From Trypanosoma brucei (lineage: Eukaryota), in NCBI GenBank assembly GCA_000002445.1, contig CP000070.1, positions 1,792,001 through 1,856,000 of the forward strand: a stretch of 64,000 nt of DNA. Direction: 5' to 3'. Shown piece by piece: positions 43,501-53,479 of the stretch. The position numbers and the translations under genes are program-made. The first letter of the stretch is position 1; every line of letters starts with the position of its first letter. The notes beneath the pieces were generated by a model that ran no database searches, was not told the origin of the DNA, and saw only the letters and a list, made by a program, of their open reading frames with translations.

Positions 43501-46500
43501 GCTGATGGGCAGCATCATGTTCGTAAGCGAAATCCACCTCGTAATCTCCTTGTGAACCGGAATAGTTGAAAGTGTAGTGAACCGCAGCAGCGTACCCTGC
43601 GATAGGGATGACGCGACGCGCGAAATAACGCGGTTGTGCCTCGTGATGCACCATAGTTTCGTCAGTGGTGTTACTGTTGTCGCCACTGCGAGTAACGGTA
43701 TGTTGGCTCTCATCGCCTGTTGTGATACCACCATCCAGCCACTCCACAGAAGGCAACGCAAGCGTATCAATGGGTGACCCACTACCACGTCTATCCCCAC
43801 CGCTGAATTTATGAAACAGCAGATGTGGTGGTCGCTGACAGCGTCGCAGCGAAAACGTTTGTGTAACACTCCCCACCAAATTGCGTGCACTCCACATGGC
43901 TTCACACCACCGGTCCACCTCGACACCACATACAACCACTAAAGCATCAGCCGAGCCATTATACCCCTTCGTCAAATCTACTTTCTGTTTTTCCTTGGAG
44001 AAATATGGTGGAGCTGAGGCCTCTTGGCAGGGGCGGATGTCCCAGCGAACCTCCTCATCCTTCTGTGGTTCCCGTGGCGGTGACAGCGCAACACAACCGT
44101 CCTCCGTGTACACCGGCACGAACTCTGGCGCGACAGGTGGTGCAGGGACGGCAACGAGAGAAACAATGTACTCTACAACGCGTGGGGGACAGCGTGATGT
44201 ATAAGGGGCAGCTAGTAACTTATCCTGCACCGCTTCTCCCGGATCCTCCGCTATGAACTGTAGCGTCCCCTCTGGTAGCACTTGCCGAATGTTGGGTACA
44301 GCGGATGTGTTCAGTTCCGCGGCGTAAGTCTCGTCGACGGATATCAAGCTGATTGGAGGGTTGACAACCCACCGGCCCGTAATCTGTATATCTGTGTCTT
44401 TATCCCTCTCATCTAAGCTTTCCTCATGCTGACCAATTACAGGATGCGGAGGACGAACGGTCAACCGACGTTCATGCATCGGTAGTTTGACGTCAACCCT
44501 TCTAGGCAAAGCAGACATTCGGCGCACAATGAGGACCGACGGCGAGCGTACCTCAATAACTGTGAGCCTCCCATCAGAAGAGATAACACGTGAAAGCGAG
44601 GGATCGAGAAAGCCTCCAAATGGTCCCTCATTATCATTGTCATCATCAACAACATCACTTCCCTGACGTTGCCGCAGTTGCTCGATGTGCTGTAGATATG
44701 AAGTATCCACTTCAACACGCACGACCCACATCAGCTCCGCTACCCCCCGCTTCAACATCTGCAATACACCGAAGTGGCTGCCTCCCATTCCCGTAGCGAT
44801 CCGACAGGGGCCAACGCCGCTTTCAGTGCACTTAAAGTGCCCCTCTACAACCTCCTGTGTACCACCCGACCGGGCCAAATCTTCCCATGGCAAATCCCCC
44901 GCGAGACGTATAAGCATCCGCTGCCGAGACCGCATCGTCTCTAACAGCCCTCTAAGCTCAAACGCCTCTAGCGAAATCCTGTCATCACAAACTGTAACTG
45001 GAGAAGTGACCGGCTCCAGTAGCAATGCCTGGACCGCCCACAACTCCTGCATCTCCAGTAGCACCGGCTCACACACCTCGTCCATGTCACGCACGTAGTA
45101 CGACAGTACGTTGCGGCCAACGGTAAGCGGGTACCAAACAAACGCTTCGGAGAATGGGTTGTGGGGTACATGGGGTGGTGAACCATCGCTCCCACGCACC
45201 TCATCGCTGGTTTGTGTACGGATCCAATACCCGGTATGGGATGGGCGCCCTTCATCAGGTAGCATGGCAAACGCTTGTTTCAGCTCTTCTCTTTCACGCG
45301 TGATGCGTGAAAGACGCAAGCGCCGGCCGACGCCAAAGTGAGGTTGTGTAACGTTAGAAAACTGCGCTGCTTTGCCTTCCAGTGTAAGAGGCAACCGTAA
45401 AACGAAAAGGCCGCTTAAGGTTTGCGTGGCAGCGCCACGAGAAACTGTTACCATCACGTTGTAAGTATGGTGCGGTATGACACTGAAGTAGCCGCTGGTG
45501 GTTATCTGTGGTTGAACCATTCCAGAGCCTTCCACCTCCTCTCTTAGTGCGGTATACAGGGAGACATTAAGTACAGCATTGGCTGCCCCTGTTACTGCAG
45601 TGGTATCTGTGATAATCCAATGCACGAGTGTTGCTGGAAGCAGTGCCGGTTGTAGAGTGAGAGACGCCGCCCACCCACCGTTGGCTAACTGTATAACAGG
45701 CTGACGAAGGACCTTCCCTTTAACATCCATTTCGGGTGTCACACTTCGGAGCTTTTGTCCCACACCACAATGCGATCCCAACCCAACTATAGATATTGGT
45801 GGTAGTGTGTCTGGCCGAGCGTGAAGCACAGGCATTACAAGCAGCGTGTGGGGGCACTTGCACTTTATTGCGACGTTAGAGACCCTGAGCTGGATATCGG
45901 CGGACGTACCGACAGCACCATCGACAGCACTGCCACTACCAACGCTACTATTACCAGTACGGGAACCGAGAGGCATGTCAAAGCCCCCACGGAGACCCGA
46001 AAGGGGGAGATTTAACGCAGTGGTTGTTGGCGGCTGTTGGAGCGGTACGCGACGAATGCCAGGCCCGACAGCACCGGTCACAAGCACAATTACGTCACCA
46101 TCACCATCATTACCCCGCTGCATCTCCTCAGCGGAAGGCACATGTGAACTTTCGTAACGGTGTGGCGGCTGTCGCTGAGTGTCAAATATAACAACCCTAT
46201 CACGGGGAAACATCCTCCGCTTCTCCCCAAGAGTTAAGGTATGAAACGGCGTGGACCGCAAGAGATCGTACAGGAAAGTATCGTAGCGAGATTGTTCCCG
46301 TAGCAACCGCCCGTTGAACTTATAACCGCAACACAAATTCAACTGAAGCGTGAGGTTGGCTGATACAAGGAAGCTTGCCGGCGTGAGTACGTCAGGGGCC
46401 GTGAAGGTTCCTGTGGCCCACACCATAGAGGCATGTGGACAGCCGTGATGTACCGAACATGGGGAAGATGAAACATTCGGCACGAGAAACTCGGACGATT

Positions 46501-46657
46501 TGAACAACTGCTCATTCAGTTCAGAAAGGTTATGTGGCGTCGCCTCAACTGATGCCTCCACAAATGCGTGTGTGGCGAGTGCGGCGATAATTACCGACAC
46601 CGTAAGAAATGCAAACGGCGGCCTCGACAGAACCCCATCTCCAACAACGCGCGTCAT
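37565..46657 (-). CDS. Giant hypothetical protein (3030 aa) with N-terminal signal peptide/anchor and a C-terminal cluster of ~4 hydrophobic helices
   Basis: Uninterrupted 9.1-kb ORF with ATG confirmed at 46655-46657. N-terminus MTRVVGDGVLSRPPFAFLTVSVIIAALATHAFVEA. C-terminus ...LIYYPLLLLHHVVTAVVGYAAL...IGLTTMLFVALLFLCPLVEWLWVSLVLSLWAFVLY...IVMIIHGLLWTFIL. No homology recognised by eye. Confidence 0.75.
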   Translation of the reverse strand: MTRVVGDGVLSRPPFAFLTVSVIIAALATHAFVEASVEATPHNLSELNEQLFKSSEFLVPNVSSSPCSVHHGCPHASMVWATGTFTAPDVLTPASFLVSANLTLQLNLCCGYKFNGRLLREQSRYDTFLYDLLRSTPFHTLTLGEKRRMFPRDRVVIFDTQRQPPHRYESSHVPSAEEMQRGNDGDGDVIVLVTGAVGPGIRRVPLQQPPTTTALNLPLSGLRGGFDMPLGSRTGNSSVGSGSAVDGAVGTSADIQLRVSNVAIKCKCPHTLLVMPVLHARPDTLPPISIVGLGSHCGVGQKLRSVTPEMDVKGKVLRQPVIQLANGGWAASLTLQPALLPATLVHWIITDTTAVTGAANAVLNVSLYTALREEVEGSGMVQPQITTSGYFSVIPHHTYNVMVTVSRGAATQTLSGLFVLRLPLTLEGKAAQFSNVTQPHFGVGRRLRLSRITREREELKQAFAMLPDEGRPSHTGYWIRTQTSDEVRGSDGSPPHVPHNPFSEAFVWYPLTVGRNVLSYYVRDMDEVCEPVLLEMQELWAVQALLLEPVTSPVTVCDDRISLEAFELRGLLETMRSRQRMLIRLAGDLPWEDLARSGGTQEVVEGHFKCTESGVGPCRIATGMGGSHFGVLQMLKRGVAELMWVVRVEVDTSYLQHIEQLRQRQGSDVVDDDNDNEGPFGGFLDPSLSRVISSDGRLTVIEVRSPSVLIVRRMSALPRRVDVKLPMHERRLTVRPPHPVIGQHEESLDERDKDTDIQITGRWVVNPPISLISVDETYAAELNTSAVPNIRQVLPEGTLQFIAEDPGEAVQDKLLAAPYTSRCPPRVVEYIVSLVAVPAPPVAPEFVPVYTEDGCVALSPPREPQKDEEVRWDIRPCQEASAPPYFSKEKQKVDLTKGYNGSADALVVVCGVEVDRWCEAMWSARNLVGSVTQTFSLRRCQRPPHLLFHKFSGGDRRGSGSPIDTLALPSVEWLDGGITTGDESQHTVTRSGDNSNTTDETMVHHEAQPRYFARRVIPIAGYAAAVHYTFNYSGSQGDYEVDFAYEHDAAHQLHVTASHFARTGLAVSDDRSGKSDEPNTFTDPDDSAAATTAGPLLLRRFVRPPTVGVSGSHEHGSNGKDNNEGIFSDEAAYWEMERHHRDYNIDRECDARFSHNNSQTGQYMQLHGLSNSSNYPFQYNVRLSLAAVAAAAELPSRKGAAAEFARRGMCLSRPGNISFLALNPRGLVDVIGVRDIAFCESTFNFSRHPWLHTKYHYDFTWTCENTATGRSSTDSNTADGVMMVEKRSPTFSILYQGSAGATPCKLTVYNALTETLESETFMLKRVHPAPVTLNFSVLSDNWAPGNCPMRRSGRQSNSFGSQSRTTAGKEGGEPLGKHQSSAAGMRTHWIVGKRAVLHVDAPADGRTSQWRAVTVVPAETTSVGTQRLLDSIQIIPLRQPHPRAILRGAGGATVLLNNIRVPGMYTLSHQHLDPVHPNVCPNVTVTETLHVTHARVLENELTVCGDTAVLTAAPLPQAINCSFTTRWEVVSVQTADNITLTDETNFSGIKFEDVSSPHTVVKGLPFGIVTVRWSVYASARTTDDDERRQKGQPGILVDYDTVRLLVLTENLRTTRLVTLSSSVEMLITGSTLGWVLVEPADRRASALLSARDPTLRVGRVYKNQTTSGIGGGGNNSGRSEDAPEETALFVGNLPVGTTHLQYELHASPRLFGAMLRKRCPFVQQRLLTIERVSAFLSVNTTLDHECDAYSGRGRFSICLHAEGIKPASSSNAVAAQEKPSSSNLGVHLVAPGDFENSIKSSAERLTASGCSLPWWVARTTRWSDIKVDNSRQCISFTVIATEHHLQSKEVSHHLFLAQEHLSMSQPCHHTGGDFVPSEVIEGASTWSVGGSAEDSSWFRFRSRPAAEASDGLSKFLPFMNPSTLVREDRAMRPLLGQLGVADIVASELDISERTYMHWERSNATDRGAGMKNGSRSVDVVFHLDRSQPGRMASFLHATSSHPYAGQKGEGSHDHHQEREVMESFLAKCVRGTLRGSEVLTYWTEVNHPDGAAGGTAPEWEEYVRHVGGAEVTCEPLFASLEQLLRLPDDTESTLRSRRASFVPSKEQKFVSQEVVEQQLKALREEFRLTREGIDVTGLRPEVQQALARRRITKSQLDEIEKARREKAEKDRQHAQQQQQLVLTAATAAMTAEERFVAAARLYEGVTGEGVYAIRVKLPYYASFSVPHNLFLRTALHKDLICGTNISVTSTAPASLVLFSRVEVMDEPPAVGASPPAIKQCEVEGRVPTIFINVSGTRFVSGGAFPPQNVLLEELQNPDVIEEGGGPEGSTAGVGLASCLAQMRAGMDVSVDSATRKHLRLQLSPCPSFQMLSPIEYNEQQESGQLLKRLQLPRLLRITMRDALVQDSHTQGRTTISFVVEVRPTLALLHLRSLPSQGDSLPVVWAATGRKRPLLLCEADMRRKGVELGVELIGDTWNEHVGEDEEGAANPGDYGYSSDDYDADDDSNAPIVEGSGGWAVVNAGSSLNTRRLRPGQSEGRSRAGVGKRKRSPHSVALLNSFSIVEHHSFDSVHHLFLQQGGVYRSHFVSYFFSEVLKDPGNGQQQRLIYRYNDTFIGVRITSERNMQKDTLSSGTHDKYYMGASLVVDDGTNLLPPIRPFSTIEEILFAVPGIATECQGCLLADSTFFVAGDLTGLWSSPSMLQTRYLQSSQPARSTFSAPLRIPFYDAAVVPREWRFTTMCPTAALVALRSLWHSWNNQGVQPFLVMELVVYSLRDMLGGEVPLARRPAAILTSVSVPLGHLLKQTHVKTAQGEEMIPEIMFNVNTSAAARAYAMMAADFVRYGRAHVHSVHDYVRDEPQSGGALAVNGSVFLKVCVPAIPHSSTRGDGTPSQVNLDPQCSVVSFTHSLLLMEEPYAGAPYASWYRILWGLIYYPLLLLHHVVTAVVGYAALQQLPVRRLLLLRSPQDLHTASIGLTTMLFVALLFLCPLVEWLWVSLVLSLWAFVLYHERRLATAIVMIIHGLLWTFIL

Positions 46658-49600
46658 CGCTAAGGAAGGGAAACGACTTCTATCACGTAAATAAACCTTC
46701 GTTCCCTTATCTTTTCTATGTTTACTTCGCTCGCTATGTTAGTGCCACCCTCAAAGACAACAACAACAACAATAATAATAATAATAATGGTAATGTACGC
46801 AGCACTTGAGTGTGGGTGTGCTGTTACGTTCCCTCTCCCCTTTTCTTCTTTCCCCCCCCCTTTGCTTTGCTTTTTTGCTTCCGTCCCTCTTCTTCTTTTG
46901 GAACTTTTTCCACTCCTCCTGTCACCTCACCTTCAATCCCAGCGGTGCGCCTCTCAGGAGCTTGAAATGGATCAAAGTCCAAAGAAGTGACTTCAATTTC
47001 AGAAGAAGAAAAAAATGAAAAAAAAAAGGTGGACAAACGAAAGGATGAAAATGAGAAGTGAGCGATTAATCCAACAACAACAAAAAAAAAGTGTATGGAG
47101 GCGTTGAAGCAAGGTGAAAGAACCAAAAACAAAAAATAAACCCTTCCTTTTTGTTTGTTGTTGTTTTTTTTTTTGCCACGCGTGTGTGTGTGTGTGTGTT
47201 GGTGCATATGGATTAGAAGTTACGGAATCGGCTCATGGGAATTTAGTGAGCAAAATAAAAGGAAGATAACCGCATATTTGCCTGAGGAGGGGGGGGGCGT
47301 ATCCTCGGATTTCTCAGCCCTCATTTGTCGGCGGGATGGTGGTTTTCCTTTTTTTTTTTGTCCCACCCCCGCCACCAAAGCACATGTTTTCCTTTATTAT
47401 TATTGTTATTATTATTGTTATTATTTTACGATTGCTTTGTTGTTTTTGTTGTTTCCGTCTTACATGCATTTACTTATGAGTGCGAAGTTAACTCAACGCC
47501 ATACCGCAATGCAAACAATCCCAAGCAGAAGATTACCGACAACACAAATAGAAGAGAAATAAAGAGAGAGAGAAAGACAAAAGTAGAGGTAGAACTAAGT
47601 AATTTAAAAAAAAAGTGAAAAATCATTCTTCAAACAAAAAAATGAACAAATGAATGAATAGACGGGTGAACATATTTATAAAAGGGGGAAGGAAAAGAGG
47701 AAAGAAGAAAAAGGGATTAAATTAAGAATAGAAGTGTTTTCGCTACGAAGCAATAAGTTGCTCTTCCTTTTGTGACTATTATTTATTTATTTATTTTTCA
47801 CTTTCCCTCTCTCTCTCTTTTTTTTTTTTTTTTTGAGTGGGAAAAAGGTGCCGGTGGCACGTTAGGCGGAATCAAACAACAGCCACCAAATGAGGGTGGA
47901 GGAAGTCAAAAAAAGAAAAAAGAAAAAGGAACAAAAGAAAAGAAAAGAAAAGGAAGAAAACATAAACGTAAACGTGAACGTAATTCATATATTTTTTTTC
48001 TATTTGTTACCATAAAAGGGGGAAGAAAAAGAAGTAGAAAAATTTTAAAAAAAAAAGGAAGCGTAACATTACTTAACCCTGAAGCATGATGTGGCACCAC
48101 AGTTGTCAACACCTCTTCAACCCGTGACTAATCACTTGAAATACACATCCCACATGCAAAATATATATATATTTTTTTTTAGTTTTTTCTCTTCGTTTTT
48201 TTTGTTGTTTCTGTTTAATTTTGGCTTAGGTGATACGACTACCTTTTGTGCTTAATTCTTTATTTTGTTTTATCTGTTTGTTTCTTTTCGTTGCGCTTTT
48301 TATATATATTTCGTTGCCGTAACATATGCACGAAGACAAGAAAAAATAAAAAGAGGAGCATAGAAAAGAGTTATAACAACCAAAACGCCAAAATAAAACA
48401 AAGACAACCAAAAAAGAAAAAAAAGGAAAAAAAATGACGAAAGCGCAAATAAACAAAACAAATAAATAAATCATGAAGAAACGGGAGGAAGACGAAAGGA
48501 ACCCGGCCGATTGAACGACAGATTTGTAACATCTGAAGCGCTTAAAACAAAAAAAGAGGAAAGATGGAAAAAAAAAAGAAAAAGAAACACATGAGGGGCG
48601 TAGCCGCCATTTGCGACGTTCACATCATCCTTTAGGGTTTCATCACCATGTTCCAAATTCATATAAACGCATCACCAGCGCTATGTCTTTTTAAAAAATT
48701 AAAAATAAAAAATAAAAATAGAGATGGAAAGCAGGGAGAGAGAAGACGAAAAAAAAAAAAGAGAGAGAGAGAGAGAGAAAAAAAGGCACATACAAGCACA
48801 TAAACACACATGCAAAACACAAGATTTTTAAAAATAAAAAAGTAAATGCACGCCTGTACACAGTGATGTTGTACGGCACATGTAAACACGAACGGGTGCA
48901 CTTTTTTCTTTTTATTTCTCAAAGCAGCTGGTTCCTTTCTTCCCTCAATCTTTCTCCTATTTGGTTAGCCATTTATTTCATTTTATTTATTTTTTCTTTT
49001 TTCTTTTTTTTTTTTCATCTTTCCTCTTTTTTTCTTTGATCATTCACTCCTTTTGGTTTTCCCCTTTTCTTTTTTCCTCAACTAATAAAATTCCACCACG
49101 ACATGACCACTTCCAAACACCTTTATACATCAACATTTACCGCCCGTCACTCCTTAATTGGGTACAACACAAAAGAAAAAGAAAGAAAGAAAGAAACATA
49201 CACACAAATATAAATATAAACATATATTTGTGTTTATATGTGGATGAATAAATGAGTGAATGAGTGAATACCCACACCAGAAATACCATTCGACAGAATA
49301 AAACTACCAAATGCAAAAAAAAAGGGAGAAGAAAAGAAAGGAAAGGAAAAGGAGGAAAAAGGCAAACCTAAATAAATCGAGACGAAAAGTGGAAGAAAAG
49401 AGGTCATTTAAGACTAAAGAGAAAAGATGAAGCAGATCTCTAAAAAAACAAAAAAGGAGTGGAAAGGATAAATATACACAGGAATATAAATAAAGCAGAA
49501 AAAGAAGGAACAGCAGAACGTAAAAACGTAAAAAAAAAAATTTAATTAATTATCAAAGCGTATCCTCCCACTCCTCCTTCACTGCTCATCTCCCGTTGTA

Positions 49601-50412
49601 AGTCGAGCAATGAGTCCATCGGCGAAATAAACAAAAATACTTATAATTGTAATACGCCTCCTCACATATGCCTAAAGAAAACGGGAATAAAAAGAGAAGA
49701 AGAGGAAGAAGCATATAAAAGATATAAAAGATGTAAAAGATATATATAAATACTACCAACTATATTCAGTGAATGCAAAACGCACGTATGATAAAGTTAA
49801 AAACTCGACTTTCTTTTTTTTTTTTCGCCCCCATCCCGTGCACTCGCAGCCATCGATGATGTTATTGTTGTTGTTTCATTGGGTCTTTCTTTTATTTTTT
49901 TTTCCTCTCTCTCTTCTTCTTTTTACCCCACTTGTGCTTTCTTTTTTTTTTTTTATTTTCTTCATTTTATCAAAGGTGGAATGATGGAGTAACCAAATCT
50001 GCCAAACATGCAGAGCTAAGAAAACATATGCAATCACCAATAGGTTCATTATGCTACCACATATCACCTCAACTGCGAAGAAAACATACTGTCGACGATC
50101 CGTGAGCCTCTTTTCCTTTCCTTTCCTTTTTATTTTTATTTTTTCTACAACCCCCTTCTCTTCTTCTTTTAAGTATACATATATATATATATATATATAT
50201 TCGTGGAGTAAATCCAACAACTCACTCATTTCTGCACTTACTTTCGCTCCTCTTCCCCATGCACACACACACACACACACACGCTTCTCTGCTGTATCTA
50301 CTTGTATTTTAGCTACGCTGAATGCAAAAAAAAAAAAAGAAAAAAATGGAAAGGGAAAACATGCACAAATATATATATATATATATATATACCCGTTCAT
50401 GTACACCTTTGC

Positions 50413-53112
50413 TCACTCATCGTCTGGTGGCACCTCCTCCAGCTGAGACTCCGGACATTTGATCCATTCATGTTCCAACAGTTCCGCTGCCGTGGCACGC
50501 TTTGGTACATCACGCTCAAAACACCTTGAAAAGAAATCGTACAGCATTTTGGGGCATTTCTTCGGCACTCCCGTCGGCATGGAAGTACTCTTTGAAATTT
50601 GGTACATGACTTGAAAAGCATTGGCGTTAGCGCTAATGGACCATGGCTGGCGTCCAAGTAACTCAACCACAAGACAACCCGCAGACCAAACATCTGCCGG
50701 GGCACCGTAATTGCCGTTGCCACTTAGAACCTCTGGTGCCATAAAAAAGGGGGTTCCAACAAATGTTTGGCCACCGGGACCCGTATTTCCACAATCCTGC
50801 ATGGCACTTGTGCCAATACGCTTGCTACAACCAAAGTCAGCGAGCTTTGCTTCACCCTGGGAAGAAATAAGAACGTTGTCGCTTTTAATATCGCGATGGA
50901 CAACCTTCATACTATGCAAATAGGAAAGACCCTGAAGTATCTGTCTGGTATACGTTCGCACGAGGGAAATTGAAAACGATTCCTTTGCTCGCTCAAACTT
51001 CCGTCGCAGCTGCGTCAAGCTACCACCGTGACAATGCTCAAGGAATATCTCCAAGCAGCGCGCGCCACTTTCCTGAACTTTCGTCTGGCATCCGTAGTAC
51101 GCCACGATGTTGGGGTGCTTCAAGGAACGCATCAGATTAATCTCGCGCAAAACACCTTCAAGCTCCGCCGTGTCTTCAGAAAATGGTATATCCTGCACCT
51201 TCACAGCAAATATTTTACCATCGTTGGAAATACCCTCGTACACGCAACCAAAGGATCCTTTGCCCAGTACACCCACCTTACTCCACTGCAGCTCTGAGTC
51301 CTCAGTAATTACAAGTGTATGATTTAACGTACTTGACGTTCTGTTAAGTTGAGTCGAGACGGTACCAAAAGTGGAGGTGAGACAATCGGTGTTTACATGA
51401 CTTGAAGAAGGATTAGGCGACATGACATCCTGCTCATCCCGCTTCTCTACCTGCATGGGCATCTCTGTTGCAGATTGCTCCGGCATGAGTTGCTTGCGTG
51501 TATCCGGCAAACCAATCTGAGATCCCAACAACCGACGCTGCTCCTCCCGCTGCCGGATCTTGTGCGAATCACGCACGTAAAGGCGAAGCACCGTCGTGTT
51601 GCTACAACTACCATCCTCTACGCTCGTTTGAAATTCATGCGCTATTACGGGTGTGCGTGTTAGAGCTGCACTACCTGCCCGTGCCTCACTCGCCACAAAT
51701 CGGCGTGAGAGTGGACTCGCTGCCGCACTTGGACTGCCTCGGCCAGAGGCGCACGTTGGCTTCGGTACCGTTTGACTTGCACAGACCTCTTTTCCTCCCT
51801 CTGTCATTAACCTCTTGAGGAACTGCGTGACGAGATTCCTAAAGTCTTTGGAAACATCAATATCCACGTGATCACCCGCAGCATTGATGCAATAAATATC
51901 AAAATCACCCATTCTCTCATAGCCGAACCGCCGCTTGATGTTGCTCCGAAATTGTGAGAACCGCGTAGATAGGCCAATGAAAAAAATTTTTACATTACGG
52001 TCCCCTTCACGTGATACCTTCACGGTAACTTTCTGGCGCCTCATCCACTTGAGTTCTGCGGCCTTCGCATTTCTGGCTTTCCCGTGAGTTTGACCGTGCT
52101 CGCCATCAAACACGTCTGAATCATCATCCCCATCATCATCACAATCATCCTCCTCATCATCATCATCTTCTTCATCTTCATTGTCATCATCCTCATCATC
52201 ATCATCCTCTTCGTCGTCATCCTCCTCATCGTCTTCCTCGTCGTCGTCATCCTCCTCATCGTCTTCTTCGTCATCATCTTCATCATCATCGTCATCGTTA
52301 TCATCATCATCATCACTATCCGAGGCGGCACAGTTTAGAGTCGGAACTTTTTTACTTTTTGACGCATCATTCTTTGATCCCTTGCCACGGGGTCCTGTCC
52401 CCACTAATCCCGCTGAAACCACTGAAGATGACGCCACTACTCCGCTACACCCTTTGGTACGTTCATTTTTACCGCTTCCTACCGAAACTAAATGACTCGT
52501 CGGCTCAGGACCCGCTTCTCCTGCTCGCCCATGAGGTATTGGAGGCAACTGCTCTATTGCCGTATAGGTCCCATCCAATTCTTCGACCATGGTTGAGCAG
52601 CGTGAGATTGGCTGAGTTGAACCGTCTTTTCCCACCACCGTTTGCTCAGATCCTGCGCCGCTTCCACGGCCTTCACTCGGAGTATTGGTGATGATATTCC
52701 TCATTTCCCTCTTCTGCTCTGGTGGGGCTAACGGATCATCGGTGCCGCGTCCCGTTTTGGCCTCCTCACATGCTTTAGTTGAAGTTTTGTGGTTTGTGGG
52801 TCGCAATCCCGGACGTAAAGTCGTTTCCGTCCCCTTTTTCCGACTTGCTGCAGCGCCTTTCTTGAGGCCGGTGCCGGGCACTTCACCACCACCTGGCGAT
52901 GGCGCTTTGGCTAAATTCACTCCCGCTCCTGCCACCTGACGGGAATTCTCAACTCCTGATGGCAAATCCCCAACAGTTTTCCCACCTTTAGATGCGGGTG
53001 CCTCCCTCGTCACTTCTTTATTTCCGCTACCGGCGATGGGGGTCTTTTTAGTTGAGGTGGTTGCAGTCACACGCCGCCCAGTCGCTGCCTTCGCGCCCTT
53101 CACGACAGGCAT
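50413..53112 (-). CDS. Ser/Thr protein kinase (STE11/MAP3K-like C-terminal catalytic domain) with a central PB1-like module and an ~80-aa poly-Asp/Glu tract
   Basis: Kinase motifs GKGSFGCVYEG, AVK, HRDIKSDNVLI, LADFGCSK, GTPFFMAPE, DVWSAGC. ORF starts at GTG 53211 and translates the (TA)n microsatellite as IYIYIY; first plausible ATG (MPVVKGAKA...) is at 53112. Confidence 0.85.
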   Translation of the reverse strand: MPVVKGAKAATGRRVTATTSTKKTPIAGSGNKEVTREAPASKGGKTVGDLPSGVENSRQVAGAGVNLAKAPSPGGGEVPGTGLKKGAAASRKKGTETTLRPGLRPTNHKTSTKACEEAKTGRGTDDPLAPPEQKREMRNIITNTPSEGRGSGAGSEQTVVGKDGSTQPISRCSTMVEELDGTYTAIEQLPPIPHGRAGEAGPEPTSHLVSVGSGKNERTKGCSGVVASSSVVSAGLVGTGPRGKGSKNDASKSKKVPTLNCAASDSDDDDDNDDDDDEDDDEEDDEEDDDDEEDDEEDDDEEDDDDEDDDNEDEEDDDDEEDDCDDDGDDDSDVFDGEHGQTHGKARNAKAAELKWMRRQKVTVKVSREGDRNVKIFFIGLSTRFSQFRSNIKRRFGYERMGDFDIYCINAAGDHVDIDVSKDFRNLVTQFLKRLMTEGGKEVCASQTVPKPTCASGRGSPSAAASPLSRRFVASEARAGSAALTRTPVIAHEFQTSVEDGSCSNTTVLRLYVRDSHKIRQREEQRRLLGSQIGLPDTRKQLMPEQSATEMPMQVEKRDEQDVMSPNPSSSHVNTDCLTSTFGTVSTQLNRTSSTLNHTLVITEDSELQWSKVGVLGKGSFGCVYEGISNDGKIFAVKVQDIPFSEDTAELEGVLREINLMRSLKHPNIVAYYGCQTKVQESGARCLEIFLEHCHGGSLTQLRRKFERAKESFSISLVRTYTRQILQGLSYLHSMKVVHRDIKSDNVLISSQGEAKLADFGCSKRIGTSAMQDCGNTGPGGQTFVGTPFFMAPEVLSGNGNYGAPADVWSAGCLVVELLGRQPWSISANANAFQVMYQISKSTSMPTGVPKKCPKMLYDFFSRCFERDVPKRATAAELLEHEWIKCPESQLEEVPPDDE
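52090..52320 (-). repeat. Coding GAT/GAA/GAG trinucleotide repeat giving a D/E-only acidic tract
   Basis: …gatgatgaagaagatgatgaagaggatgacgacgaagag… runs on the coding strand. Spurious all-Ser (+) and M/K/R-rich (-) ORFs overlap it. Confidence 0.9.
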
Positions 53113-53170
53113 GACAAGCGCGGTCAAACCGTGCACTCTCTGCTTGGCTCTTCCTTCTTGATATTTTTTC

Positions 53171-53198
53171 TTATATATATATATATATATATATATAT
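53171..53198. repeat. (TA)n microsatellite just upstream of the kinase gene
   Basis: tatatatatata run. Other (TA)n runs at ~16090-16116, ~18870-18892, ~23428-23456, ~50186-50210 and ~50372-50392. Confidence 0.95.
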
Positions 53199-53479
53199 CC
53201 TTCCTAAACACGTAATGTAAATATATGCTTACGCGCGCTCAGGTGCGTGAGCCCAACAACTGAACAGATAAATCAAAAGGAAAAAGGAATATCAGTAGTT
53301 ATTACAATCTTTATTATTGTTGTTGTTATTGTTATTATAATTATATGCTGATGGGAACAAAAGAAACACAAAAAGTGAATGATCTGCTGTGGGACAATTC
53401 CTTAATTTAAAGCACTCACACACGAAAGTGGCGGCATCTTTCATTCATATCTCTACTCGATTTTCGAAAACGTTTATGC

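Noticed and set aside
52041-52495. Poly-Ser ORF (52181..52495+) and Met/Lys-rich ORF (52041..52331-)
   Set aside because: Both are alternative readings of the GAT/GAA trinucleotide repeat inside the kinase gene.
53113-53211. N-terminal extension of the kinase ORF (MFRKDIYIYIYIYKK...)
   Set aside because: Starts at GTG and translates a (TA)n microsatellite. The real start is most likely ATG 53112.
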